Origin: Chrysochromulina tobinii
Taxonomy: Eukaryota
Direction of reading: 5' to 3'
Length of the DNA: 44,406 nucleotides
Assembly: GCA_001275005.1 (NCBI GenBank)
Contig: JWZX01003019.1
Span: forward strand, 1-44,406
The first letter of the stretch is position 1, and the number at the start of each line of letters is the position of its first letter. The translations under genes and the position numbers were made by a program. Below are positions 1 through 10,079 of the stretch, in pieces. The notes under the pieces were generated by a model that worked only from the letters and a program-made list of their open reading frames with translations, made no database searches and was not told where the DNA came from.

Positions 1-87
1 GCGCCGATCACGGCGGCGAGCGAGATGAGGCGCAGGTGGTGCGTGAAGAAGGAGGTGGTGGCCGTGCGCGACGTGCCGTAGACCGTG
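1..87 (-). mobile_element. Possible 3'-terminal fragment of a non-LTR retroelement-derived ORF, cut by the window edge
   Basis: The minus strand reads TVYGTSRTATTSFFTHHLRLISLAAVIG. From memory this resembles C-terminal segments of retroelement-like ORFs in haptophyte genomes. It is short and unverified. Confidence 0.25.
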
Positions 88-544
88 CACCCGAGCACCC
101 CTCGGCGCGCGTCTCGGCGTGCCACGCGTGTGTGCATACGTACGCAGAGCGTACTGGTACATATGGCACAGTGGCACGGTGCCCGCTGTGTGGGGAATTA
201 GAGGGAACGTGTCGTCAGGTTCGCGAGTCTTTCTCTGTGCAGAGTGGCTCTGCTCGACCTCGTCCTCGAGCCCGTGTGCGTGTACGAGGCCTGCGGTGTT
301 GACCCGCAAGCAGTGTAGCTGATTGCCTGACAATCAGTCGAGGAACGTAACGGATTATATAGTCCTGTAATTGAAAATGAAAATGATTACTGAAAGCCTA
401 TAGGATTTTTTTCGCATGATGATGATGATGCTGGCCTTGCTGCACAATCGCCGACTGACATCGATAAGGAAGCGGCGCACAGCCGCGAATCAGCTGACAG
501 TCAGGACCGGTCCGGGCGTCCGGCGCACACTTCCACCATGTGAC

Positions 545-2269
545 TTACACGGTTTTTCCACGCGTGATCGGCAGAGTCCCTTTGGTGGAAGACCTGTGGA
601 AGACGCGCTCAAAGGAGATACCGGCATTGGTATTGGTCTGCACGAGCGCGCCATCGTCGCGCCGTATGCTCCGGCGCGTGATCGTATCCGCAGTCGTGCC
701 CGCCTTGTCCCTGGCGACGGTGACGAGGGTGGATCCCTCCCACCACGACGTCTTGATAAACTCATTGCCAGCGGGGTCGACGTCAATCACCTCCTGGTGC
801 AGTGGCAGCAGCTCGAGCCGCTCTCCAATAGGCGATGGCATTAGCACCTGCAGCACGCCATCGATGATCGCAAACGAGAGCTCTGGCTTGAATGCGCCGG
901 CCAGCTTGCGCTTAGCCCAGGGGATGCCAAGGTGCTTTAGGTACCCCTCGAGGTTCGTCACGCTCACCTGCCTCCAGCTGCCCACGAATGCGAGCGCGTT
1001 CTGTGCGGTCTCGACGCTCGAGATCGCGCGGGAAGAGCGGTTGCGCGGCGAGAGCAGGTTCGACGTGACGGAACGGCTGAGCGAGCGGCGGAGCGTCGAG
1101 GCTCTACTTGAGAGCTCCAGGTCGAGTTGACGAAACTCTATATCGAGACTCCTCTCCGAGGGCAGCCTGCCCAACGGTGCACACAGGGTGCGTAGCCGTG
1201 CGCCACCAGGCGTAGCGGGGCCATCACCAGCGGTGGCGTCGGCAGCGCCGACGGCGGTGGGCGCTGCCTCAGCGGCGGCGGCACTGGCGGGCGCCGTGGC
1301 GGGCGCCGTGTCGGGCGCCGTGTCGGGCGCCGTGACGGGCGCCGTGACGGGCGCCGCCCCGTCGTCGATGCGCGCTGTCGCGCTCGTCGCTGCCTCGAAT
1401 GCTCTTTTAAAGACCGCTTGCGCGTCCGGCTCCGCGGGAGCTGTGATTGCCGTGATGTCCGCGAGAGCCACAGGGGCATCTGCGGCGTCTGCCGAGGCAG
1501 ACACGTGGCCCAACGGACTGGATGCTCTTGTGGATTCACATGTGGAGACCGCATCGAAGTACATGGACGTCCTCGAACTCGCGCTGGCCTCATCGAGCGC
1601 GTCAAAGTACATGGACTCGCGTGGCTGCTTCGAGCCCGGCATGCCGAGCTCGACCTGCGGAGATCCATGTGAGTGCTTGATATCCCGGATTCGGACCCGT
1701 CTTGGGCGCAGCACGTCATCCACCGCCTCCACCGCCTCCACCGCCTCCACCGCCTCCTCCGCCTCCACCGCCTCCTCCGCCTCCTCCGCCTCCTCCGCCT
1801 CCTCCGCCTCCTCCGCCTCCTCCGCCGCCGCCGCCAGCTCGGTGGCGGTGAGCCACTCCTCAGTGAGCTTTGTAGGGTCCGGCAGCTCGGCGTATTCCAA
1901 CTTGGCCAGCTCTTCGTACTCGAGGATGAACTCGGCATTACACTCGTTGGGGTCGAGCACAGAGCCCTCGGCAGGCCCGTTGCGATACTCGGGCGACATG
2001 CGCACGAGCCTCGAGGCGACGGCCAGCTGAGCTTTCTCCATGAAGGTGCGAGTGGCTTCCGGGTCGTGGCGAAGCTGCCGGATCAGGGTTCGCATCGAGC
2101 GCCTGCGCTCATTGGCCATGTGGCGCTTCTCGTCCGTCAAGATCGACAAGGGAGGCAGCCCATTGGGTCGATTGTTGTAGCTCACCGCCCGAGTCAAGCT
2201 CGGCTTCACCGTCGACACTACCTCGACGACATCCTTCTTGGATGAGGAGCAGACGGAGCAGCACATCAT
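545..2269 (-). CDS. Protein with acidic/Ala-rich repeats and a C-terminal FABP/intracellular lipid-binding (calycin)-like domain
   Basis: 574-aa ATG ORF. The last ~135 aa (FVGSWRQVSVTNLEGYLKHLGIPWAKRKLAGAFKP...WEGSTLV...RRSIRRDDGALV...FERVFHR) follow the FABP pattern: GxW, helix-turn-helix, then a beta-barrel. Confidence 0.7.
   Translation of the reverse strand: MMCCSVCSSSKKDVVEVVSTVKPSLTRAVSYNNRPNGLPPLSILTDEKRHMANERRRSMRTLIRQLRHDPEATRTFMEKAQLAVASRLVRMSPEYRNGPAEGSVLDPNECNAEFILEYEELAKLEYAELPDPTKLTEEWLTATELAAAAEEAEEAEEAEEAEEAEEAVEAEEAVEAVEAVEAVDDVLRPRRVRIRDIKHSHGSPQVELGMPGSKQPRESMYFDALDEASASSRTSMYFDAVSTCESTRASSPLGHVSASADAADAPVALADITAITAPAEPDAQAVFKRAFEAATSATARIDDGAAPVTAPVTAPDTAPDTAPATAPASAAAAEAAPTAVGAADATAGDGPATPGGARLRTLCAPLGRLPSERSLDIEFRQLDLELSSRASTLRRSLSRSVTSNLLSPRNRSSRAISSVETAQNALAFVGSWRQVSVTNLEGYLKHLGIPWAKRKLAGAFKPELSFAIIDGVLQVLMPSPIGERLELLPLHQEVIDVDPAGNEFIKTSWWEGSTLVTVARDKAGTTADTITRRSIRRDDGALVQTNTNAGISFERVFHRSSTKGTLPITRGKTV
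1722..1823 (-). repeat. 9-bp coding tandem repeat encoding (EEA)n/(VEA)n
   Basis: (cctcctccg)/(cctccaccg) tandem units on the plus strand. Confidence 0.9.
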
Positions 2270-2418
2270 ACTGTGGGTTTTGCAACTGTGAATTCACGCT
2301 CCGATAAGTTCGATAACAAAGAAGGTTGCAGGTCTTCAGTCTGTGTCTCGTTTCACTGATACATGTAACAAGAAAGCCCCAAAAAGGTCACGAAAGGCAA
2401 CCATCACTTTCACGCGGA

Positions 2419-3234
2419 ATGGCGTCTGTCGTTGTTTTCAAGGAGCCTCCTCCTCCGACGTCAGCCGCTGCACGATCCTCGGCGTGTGCCACGCTGTGGC
2501 CGCCGCCGTCGCATTTTTTCGCGACTTACACGGACCTGAGGCCGTGCCTGGCGCACGTCGCGGTTGCCAAGGCCTCGCTTCTTCACCTCGAGGATCAGCT
2601 CGATGATGGCGATGCAGAGCAATCTCTCAAGCGAATCCTCGCCGCGACGGCCGAGCTGCAATTGGCCTTCGAGTTCATTGACGCGCTCGAGCTCGGCGTC
2701 GCCTCGGCCGGAGATCTCGTCGAGGCGACTGAGCGCCGGCTCAACACGCTTGAGCTCGGCGAGCCGCTTCCCGACTCGCTTGCGCAGCTTCCGCCGCCAA
2801 CCTTCTCGGCGTCGCAGTTCTCTCGACAGCTTCGCCGCCGCGAGAAAGCTGCAACGCTCGACCTGCCCGAGCTCGTGCTGTTGCCACCGTCGGACAGCGC
2901 TGGCGGTGGCCAGCGACCACGCACCTCAGTAGAGGGGCTCGCGACTGCAGCGGAGCAGGTCGCCACTGTCGCGGCCGCGGCGGCCGCTGTGGCTGCTGCG
3001 GCCGCGGCCGCTGCGCCCAAGAGCGTGGACGAGGCGCGCGTCCGCGCGGAGCAGGTCGCCTCCGCAGCCGCATCGGCGGCCGCGGCGGCCGCGGCCGCTG
3101 CGCCTAAGAGCGTGGATGAGGCCAAGGCGCTGGCCTCTGCCTTCCTTGGCCGCGCGGTGGCCAAGACACCGTCCTCTTTGGCCGACGGCATCAACGGCGC
3201 GTGGACAGCCTTCAGGCGGTTCCAGGAGAAGTAG
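2419..3234 (+). CDS. Hypothetical protein, Ala-rich, with a duplicated APKSVDEA motif
   Basis: First ATG at 2419 in the 2326..3234 ORF. Codon usage looks coding. Divergent from the upstream gene. Confidence 0.55.
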   Translation: MASVVVFKEPPPPTSAAARSSACATLWPPPSHFFATYTDLRPCLAHVAVAKASLLHLEDQLDDGDAEQSLKRILAATAELQLAFEFIDALELGVASAGDLVEATERRLNTLELGEPLPDSLAQLPPPTFSASQFSRQLRRREKAATLDLPELVLLPPSDSAGGGQRPRTSVEGLATAAEQVATVAAAAAAVAAAAAAAAPKSVDEARVRAEQVASAAASAAAAAAAAAPKSVDEAKALASAFLGRAVAKTPSSLADGINGAWTAFRRFQEK

Positions 3235-3339
3235 CAGCTTAAAGCAGGTCGCATGAGGTCGGAATTTCGTCACACGTCACACAGGTTTGACTCCCGCTCG
3301 CTTCACAGTTCGCATTTCTGCGCGTCTCCTTCTGCAATC

Positions 3340-5027
3340 ATGCCCGTGCTCGTTGGCATGCCCGAGACCTTCGTAGAAGGTTTCCACGAAGTCACGGCTG
3401 TCATGAAGATGAAATACAGAACTGTGCCTCACCTAGGGTGTGTGCCGCTCCCGCGCTTGCCTCTCGTGCCTTGGGCTCGCTCATTGTGTGTGTGTGCGTG
3501 CGCCCGCATCGGCAGCAAAGTATCGGTGCTCTCCTTAGGCGGCTCGGGGTTTGCTGGAATGCACAGCGCCAGCTCGGCGGCGGGGGTGAATAGCGCCTCC
3601 GCGCTGCCAATGAGCTCCGAAGACAAATGGTTCGCAGAGGACGCAGAGGCCGACAAGCAGAAGGTGCTCGAGATCGTGACCGCGTGCCTCAAGGCAGGTG
3701 TCAATCTGATCGACACCGCCCACTGGTATGGTCAGGGCCGCAGCGAGCGTCTTCTGGGCCACGCGCTCAGCAAGCTGCCTCGCAACGCGTACCACATCTT
3801 CACCAAGATTGGACGGTACGACACGGCCCTTTTGCAGATGTTTGACTTCAGCTACGAGAAGACGTACCAGGCGGGACAGGACTCGCTCAAACGGTTGCGC
3901 TGCGAGTACATCACCTCCCTGCAAGTTCACGACCCCGAGTTCGCGCCCTCATACGAGATCATCCTCAACGAGACACTGCCCGCACTCCAGGTGCGCTCGC
4001 AGTTCGTGTCGCCGGATGATCGCCTCGATTGCCTCAGAGCATGATTGCCTCTGATTACCTCTGATTGCCTCTGATTGCCTCTGATTGCCTCATCTGATGA
4101 TCGCCTCGATTGCTTCTGAGCATGAGCGTGGATCTCAATCTGGATCTCAATCTGGGTCTCCATCTGAATCTCTTCGCGCCGCAGAGACTCAAGGAGGAGG
4201 GCGTGTGCCGTCTCATCGGCATGACCGGCTACCCCCTCGATCTGCAGCAGGAGATCATCAGCCGCTCGTCCATTGCCCTGCAGACGTCGCTCACATATTG
4301 CCACTACACGCTGAGCGACACGTCGGTGCTCGCGTCGGGCTTCATCGAGTTTTGTGAGAAGAAGGGCATCGCGCTCATCAACGCGGCACCAATTGCTATG
4401 GGGCTGCATACACTCGCCTCGCCGCCCGGCTGGCATCCAGCGAAGCCCGAGACCAAAGCGCTGTGTGCGAAGGCGGCCAAGTACTGCATGCAGGAGAATG
4501 TCGACATCTGCAAGCTCGCGCTCCACTTCTCTATGTCGCACGAGCGTCTCCCGAGCACCCTGATCTCATGCACGAGCCTGCAGGAGCTCGCCGCCAACGT
4601 CCGGGCGGCGACCGAACCATTGAGCGCCCACGAGCAGCAGGTGCTCGCGTATCTCGTCGACAAGATCTTCAAGCCCGCGGGCCCTCAAACATGGCACGGC
4701 GTCGAGCTGCAAGCGTACTGGACCAGCGTAGGCAAGGCGCTGCTCACCCAGCGGTTGTACGACGGTGGCGCCCAAAATGGGTGCTCAGCCGGCCAGGGAG
4801 ACAGCATGGGGGCAAGATATGGGAGCTCAGCCGCCCGCAAACTTGTCCCTACCGTCGCGGACTCTGACTTCTCCATCGCTGTCGGCATGGCGCTACTGCT
4901 CGTCGGCATCGCCGTCCTCGTCGCCGCATGTATGGGCTACAACGACTACGAGCGCCTCGTCGTGCTCCTTGGACCATCGCCCCCGCCGCCCCCACCACCA
5001 CCCTCCAAATTCCTCGGCCTCTTCTGA
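3340..5027 (+). CDS. Aldo/keto reductase, L-galactose dehydrogenase-like; 3 exons (3340-3437, 3516-3990, 4185-5027)
   Basis: Motifs MKYR..LG, GVNLIDTAHWYGQGRSE, TKIGRY, LQVHDPEF, IGMTGYPL and YCHYTL. GT-AG introns 3438-3515 and 3991-4184 restore a continuous frame (ETLPALQ|RLKEEG). Confidence 0.88.
3991..4184 (+). other. Intron containing (TGATTGCCTC)n decamer repeats
   Basis: cag|GTGCG donor and CGCAG| acceptor; tandem gattgcctct units at about 4028-4092. Confidence 0.85.
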
Positions 5028-5891
5028 GCTCCAGGGCGGACCGCAATCTTGTGACTTGTCTACCCCCCGACCGAGGACCGACGGGCAAACGCGGACACAC
5101 ACGACTCCACGAATGCGCCGGCCGGCATCGCATGTTCGATGTTGGGCTGCTGCTATACACGGGGCTCGGGGGTCCTAGAGGCGTGCGCAATACGTAGAGC
5201 CCGCAAGCACAACGTGCGCAACGCAACCTTAGCGCAAAAACTGCACTTCTCTCGAGGTATACACCCGGCGGCGTCGACGGCGGCGGCCCGCGACGGCGCG
5301 TGTTGGTGTTCCGTGAGCGGAACTTCGTCGCTATTTCTTTTCACTTTCGGGTCTTCGAATCCGGTTTGGTTTTGAGCGCACGCGCCGGGGGGCCGCGCGG
5401 CCGCGGTTCCGACTTCCGTTGGCGTTGCGTCGCGCCGTTGCGCGTTGGTTCCGTTCGGCGCGGTTCCGTTCATACGGTCCGGTTGGAGGCGCGCTGCGCG
5501 TGACCGGTCGGCCACCGACCCCGGAGGACGCGCCACCCAGCCGCAGCAGCCACCCCGCTCTACACAACCCGCTACCTTGATCCTTGTACCTAGGCATAGG
5601 CTCTGCCGTGCCGTCTAAGGCTACACGTACGCTATACGGATCGCTAAAGTGACCATGCTGTAGAGCGTAGTAACGCACACTACGGAATACCGCTCGCCTC
5701 TGCACGGCTTCAACCGTTGTAGTCGGCACTCAGCGGTTGCATGCTGATGAATGCCCCGTTCATGGCGGCCCGACGTGAGCAGCACACGCTCCGCGCGACT
5801 GCACATGGCATGCCATTCCGGGGCATCCCACCCCCAACGCGGCGCACGCGCACCTCTTGCGTCAGGCGCGAACGTTATGATGAGCATGGGC

Positions 5892-7157
5892 TCAGCGACC
5901 TTGCCCTCGCGGTTGCAAGGCACTTACAGTCTTCCTCCATACCGGTGACACCTTATTCCAGTCGGGCGCAGCCGCCGGAGGCGGCGCCACGTCAACGCCC
6001 ACTCGCGTACCAGAATCTTCTCCGGAGAGTTCTCGTGTCAGCTGGTGGATCGTCTCGGCCTGGGCTAAGTGCTCCGCCCGCCAAGCGGACTCGAGCGCAG
6101 CTATGCGCCTCGCAAGGGTGGCCTCGGTGCTCGCGTCGCCTCTGCTACCAGTGTCGACGCCGATGTCTGGCTTCCATCCGGGCGTCATCTCGAGCAGGAT
6201 CTTCTCGAGGTCGATCAGGAAGGCCTCGATCGGCAGGTCGTTGGCGTCGTTGCCAAATGGCTGCTCGATCTCGACGGCCATCTGCTCGATGTTGAGGAAG
6301 AGGAAGGCGATCAGCGACGACACCGGCACCGCAAGCCACCCGAACTCGCCGATGAGCGGGATGGACATGGTGGACAGCCAGAGGATTAGGAACGAGCGTA
6401 GCGTGGCGATGTAGGAGAAGACCATGGGGGTGCGCTTGATCTTCATGCATGCGCCCACCATGTCGTTCATCTCGCGGATCGCCTCGGAGGTTTCGTCATA
6501 GATCGCCGGCCCGAGATTCGAGGCTAAGTTTTGGCGCGCCGTGCGCGAGAGGCATTGCAGTGCCGTGACGGGCGGGTTGTGCGCCGCGTTGAGCTTGCGG
6601 ATGTACTCCCAGTCCATGCGGCCGCCGCACTCCTCGCGCTGCACCGTCGTGTCACGCAGAAACGCCTTGAGGCACACGCAAAACGCCATCAGCTCCATGA
6701 GCATCTGCTCTGAAGCCTTGACCGTCTGCAATGCAGGCGCCGTCTGGCAGCCGATCGAAATGCAGGAATTCATGAGCTCCTGCCACGAGCACCGCGCCTC
6801 CCACCAGCGGTTCATCGACGCATCAGTGCGCATGACGACGAGGAAGGCAAGCGCGCCGCCTAGGATAACGTGTGCGTCCAGCGGAAAGATGATCGCCGCG
6901 GCGGAGTCGGGGTTGACCTCGAGCAAGTACAGGGCCTGCAGAAACGTCAGCACGGAGATCAAGAGCCAAGGCCAGAACATCATACCCTTGACGGAGAATC
7001 GGAAGGTGGGCAGCCACAACGTGGGATCGTAGATGTTGAAGCCGTCGAGTGCCTCCTTGTAGTACGCAGTATCTAGCCAAGGCGTCATGCTCATCGTCGG
7101 GGTCTCGGGTGGCAGCTGATGGTAGCCGTCGCCCGGCTTGGCGAGGTATTGCGTCAT
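5892..7157 (-). CDS. Bestrophin family (UPF0187/bacterial-plant type) anion channel
   Basis: Motifs RWWEAR, KIKRTPM.FSY and IEQPFGNDANDLP, with hydrophobic TM segments. First ATG at 7157. Confidence 0.88.
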   Translation of the reverse strand: MTQYLAKPGDGYHQLPPETPTMSMTPWLDTAYYKEALDGFNIYDPTLWLPTFRFSVKGMMFWPWLLISVLTFLQALYLLEVNPDSAAAIIFPLDAHVILGGALAFLVVMRTDASMNRWWEARCSWQELMNSCISIGCQTAPALQTVKASEQMLMELMAFCVCLKAFLRDTTVQREECGGRMDWEYIRKLNAAHNPPVTALQCLSRTARQNLASNLGPAIYDETSEAIREMNDMVGACMKIKRTPMVFSYIATLRSFLILWLSTMSIPLIGEFGWLAVPVSSLIAFLFLNIEQMAVEIEQPFGNDANDLPIEAFLIDLEKILLEMTPGWKPDIGVDTGSRGDASTEATLARRIAALESAWRAEHLAQAETIHQLTRELSGEDSGTRVGVDVAPPPAAAPDWNKVSPVWRKTVSALQPRGQGR

Positions 7158-7623
7158 GCCGATGTCAGTTTTGGTGACTCTTTTCCCACACGCGAAAACA
7201 TGCGAGGTCGCCGTCCCCAATCTCCCATCTCAAGACACACTGAGGCTCTCGCCTCATTGTAAACACGCCCCACGTGGGCGCGCGCTTGCATGAGCGCCGT
7301 CGTAGGAATTGCAGTACACGCACAGTAGTACATGTACTCGTGTCGAGCCACTGTCTGTCGACCTAGACCGACTCGGGCGGGCGGGCGCCCGCCCGCGTCG
7401 CGTTACATCGGTTTCTTCACGAATAGACCATTTTAATTGCGGGTCGTTTTATTGCAAAAATCAATTGATTTTAATTGCAAAAATTGATTGCCGAAACGCC
7501 TCGTAACGATCTACTGAACGAAGTGCGTTGGACACTTGTGTCACCAAAAATCTTCCATTTGCTGTACCATCTTGATCGCGCACCCTCGAAGAGCCCGATT
7601 GGGGCCGCGTTGAGGTCGCAGCC

Positions 7624-9440
7624 ATGCAGGGCCAAGCGATGGCGAGACGTATCAAAGAGGCCAAAAAGAGTCGGAGCGCAGAACAGGAGCGCAAGTCGAA
7701 AATGCTCACGTTCTTGACCCGAAGTCCGAAGAAAACATTAGAGGCGATTCCGCCCGGACAATCGGAACTGGTGCAGCAATTGACGCCGCAGCAGTACGGA
7801 GAACTGCGCATGCTCTTCGATCAGTTCGACAGTGACGGTTCAGGTACGCCCGCCGGCGCACAATAGTCGCAGCATAGGAGCCGCAGCCCAGCGATGGCAC
7901 TCACCGCGACCCCACGCCCCACGTTTCGACTCGCGCACCACTCGCAGGCCAGCTCAGCGAAGCGGAGATGAAGGCGGCGCTGCGGCTTATGGGCGTCGCA
8001 AAATCCGATGAGGAGATTGAAGAGCTCTTCACGCTGGTCGACTTGGATCGAAACGGCACCATCGAATGGGGAGAGTTTCTTGAATACGGGGCGTCTCTGA
8101 TCAACAACGGCAGCATCCTCGAGTCGCAGCTTGAGCTGGCGTTCACCGCAGTCAGCAAGCACTGCTTCGCCCAGGGGACGTCGAGAAAATTGGAGCTCCA
8201 GGAGCTCGAGCTCGACCGCAGGAAGCTCATGGAGCTGCTGACGACGGCGGGCTTCCCTCCCTTCACGGTCGAGGAGGCCGAGGAGTTTTGCAACGTGCTC
8301 GACCCCCAAGGGACGGGACGCATGCCGATGGCCGCCTTGATGAACCTACCTTGCTGGGCCAGCGAGGACGAGTTGGCAAAGCTGCGCCAGCAAGCCGCAA
8401 GCAGGCCACCAAGGTCAAGGAGGTCCTCAAGTGCAGAGGCGTTCGAGGAGGAGGGTTCATTACCCGCCGCCACGGCGCCACGGCTGCTCACGGCGGCGCC
8501 ACCTATGGCGGGCGCTATGGCGGGCGCCGGACCCTCAGGGCTACCATTGGTGACGCCGACGCCAAGCACGGAGCCCTTTTGGTGGGCGCCCGTCATCGCG
8601 CCCGCAGATGAGAGGGCAGCTCGCCGTCCCTCACACGAGGTCCTGCCAGCGCCGCCTCCGGCGGAGGCGCAGCCGTCTCGTGCAACGCAGCCACCGCGAG
8701 AACGACCCTCCGCGGCAGCGCCGCCCGCCGCTGAGCCTGCGCTGCCGCCATTCGATGCTCCCTCGCTGACGCCGCACCTGGTGCCTGAGCCTGAGCCACC
8801 GCCTGAGCCGACTCGGTCGGTCCCTCCGACGCCGCCACCTCGCCGGGATGCGGCGGCGGTGCCCTCGAGCAGCAGCAGCATAGCCAGCACGCGAGAGCGA
8901 GCCTCGGCCACATCCGGCGCTGGCGCCGTGCTGAGCGCGCTGGGGACGCGCATGCGCGCGGCCCTCACGAGCAGCCTGCCTCGCGACGAGCGCGCGATCG
9001 AGTCCATTCCCAACGAACGCACCGCCATTGAGCCAGCTAACGACCAGAGCTACGCGTTGCAGTCGCTGGAGCAGCGGCGCGCCCCGCAGGATGGATACGC
9101 TGGGCATGGCTATCCGACGGGCGTACGAGCACATCTCGAGCACAGCTCGAGCACACCAGGCGCGATTACAGGGCTCACGAGGGTGCCGATCAATGCTCCC
9201 TTGCCGCAAGTAATGGCCCACGCGATCTTTGAGGCCGCGCAGGCCAAGCTCGAGGCGGTGCAGGTCGTGGCACAGGCAAGAATGGAGCTCGCGCACGCCA
9301 GGCTGGCGGTCGTGCACTCGCACGTAGAAAACACACCAAGCGACGACAAATGGGTCGGCGGCGTTTGGGAGAACCTCTCGACACTATGGCCGCTCCCGCA
9401 GGATTTGCCAAAGAATCGGGACCGCCAACTGTTCGCATAA
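7624..9440 (+). CDS. EF-hand calcium-binding protein with a long Pro/Ala-rich C-terminus; exons 7624-7843 and 7948-9440
   Basis: Intron 7844-7947 (GT..AG) joins DSDGSG|QLSEAE into a canonical EF loop. Second loop is DLDRNGTIEWGE; a degenerate DPQGTG follows. Confidence 0.82.
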
Positions 9441-10079
9441 ATTAGAGCATCGCGAGCAAGCTTGGCGATACATTGGCATACGGTCCGCCGGGCAACCGCA
9501 CGGCAGCCTGCGGAAAGTTTCACTAGAGACGCCCGGCTCCCGACAGAGTCGTCAGTCCCCCGGCCGTCGAGCCCCTCGCGCGGCTCGTTCTCAATTCCCG
9601 TAGGTCGCTCGTCGATATGTTTCTTTGTTATTTTAGGGGGAAAAGCCGATGGCGATGCGTGCGTCTGTCGTCTTCGCTTCTGGACCTTCGTCGTTCGTGA
9701 ATTACTTTGTAAGCGCCTTTGCGTACCTACCGTACGATAGCCTAGTAGAGGAGAATTTCGGAAGGAAGAACCGGACGTAAACCGGACGAGGCGCCTCGGG
9801 CGCCTGACACCCGGTGGGCGGTGGGTGACTGTCCGGTCGGACGGCATGGTCGACGGGCTCTGACGTGAGCGCGGACGCGGTTCCGCTCGGCTAAAGAAGC
9901 GAATCGGCACTCTGAGCAGTGGTTTTCGGAGGCATCCCTCTTGACATGAATATATGCGCGTAGTTGTTCCGTCGTGTAGCCGAGCGTAGTCCGTACGGTC
10001 GGCGTGCGGTGGGGTATGAATCCGATCGGCGCGGCAAACGGGTCGGAAACGAAGATGAAGTACTCGAGAGAAACTCCTC

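Noticed and set aside
5028..5891. CpG-dense intergenic stretches with recurring GGTTCC/GAACC words (also 9441-10079, 14127-14818, 36540-36800) as MITEs or ncRNAs
   Set aside because: I could not define terminal repeats, target-site duplications or alignable copies by eye.
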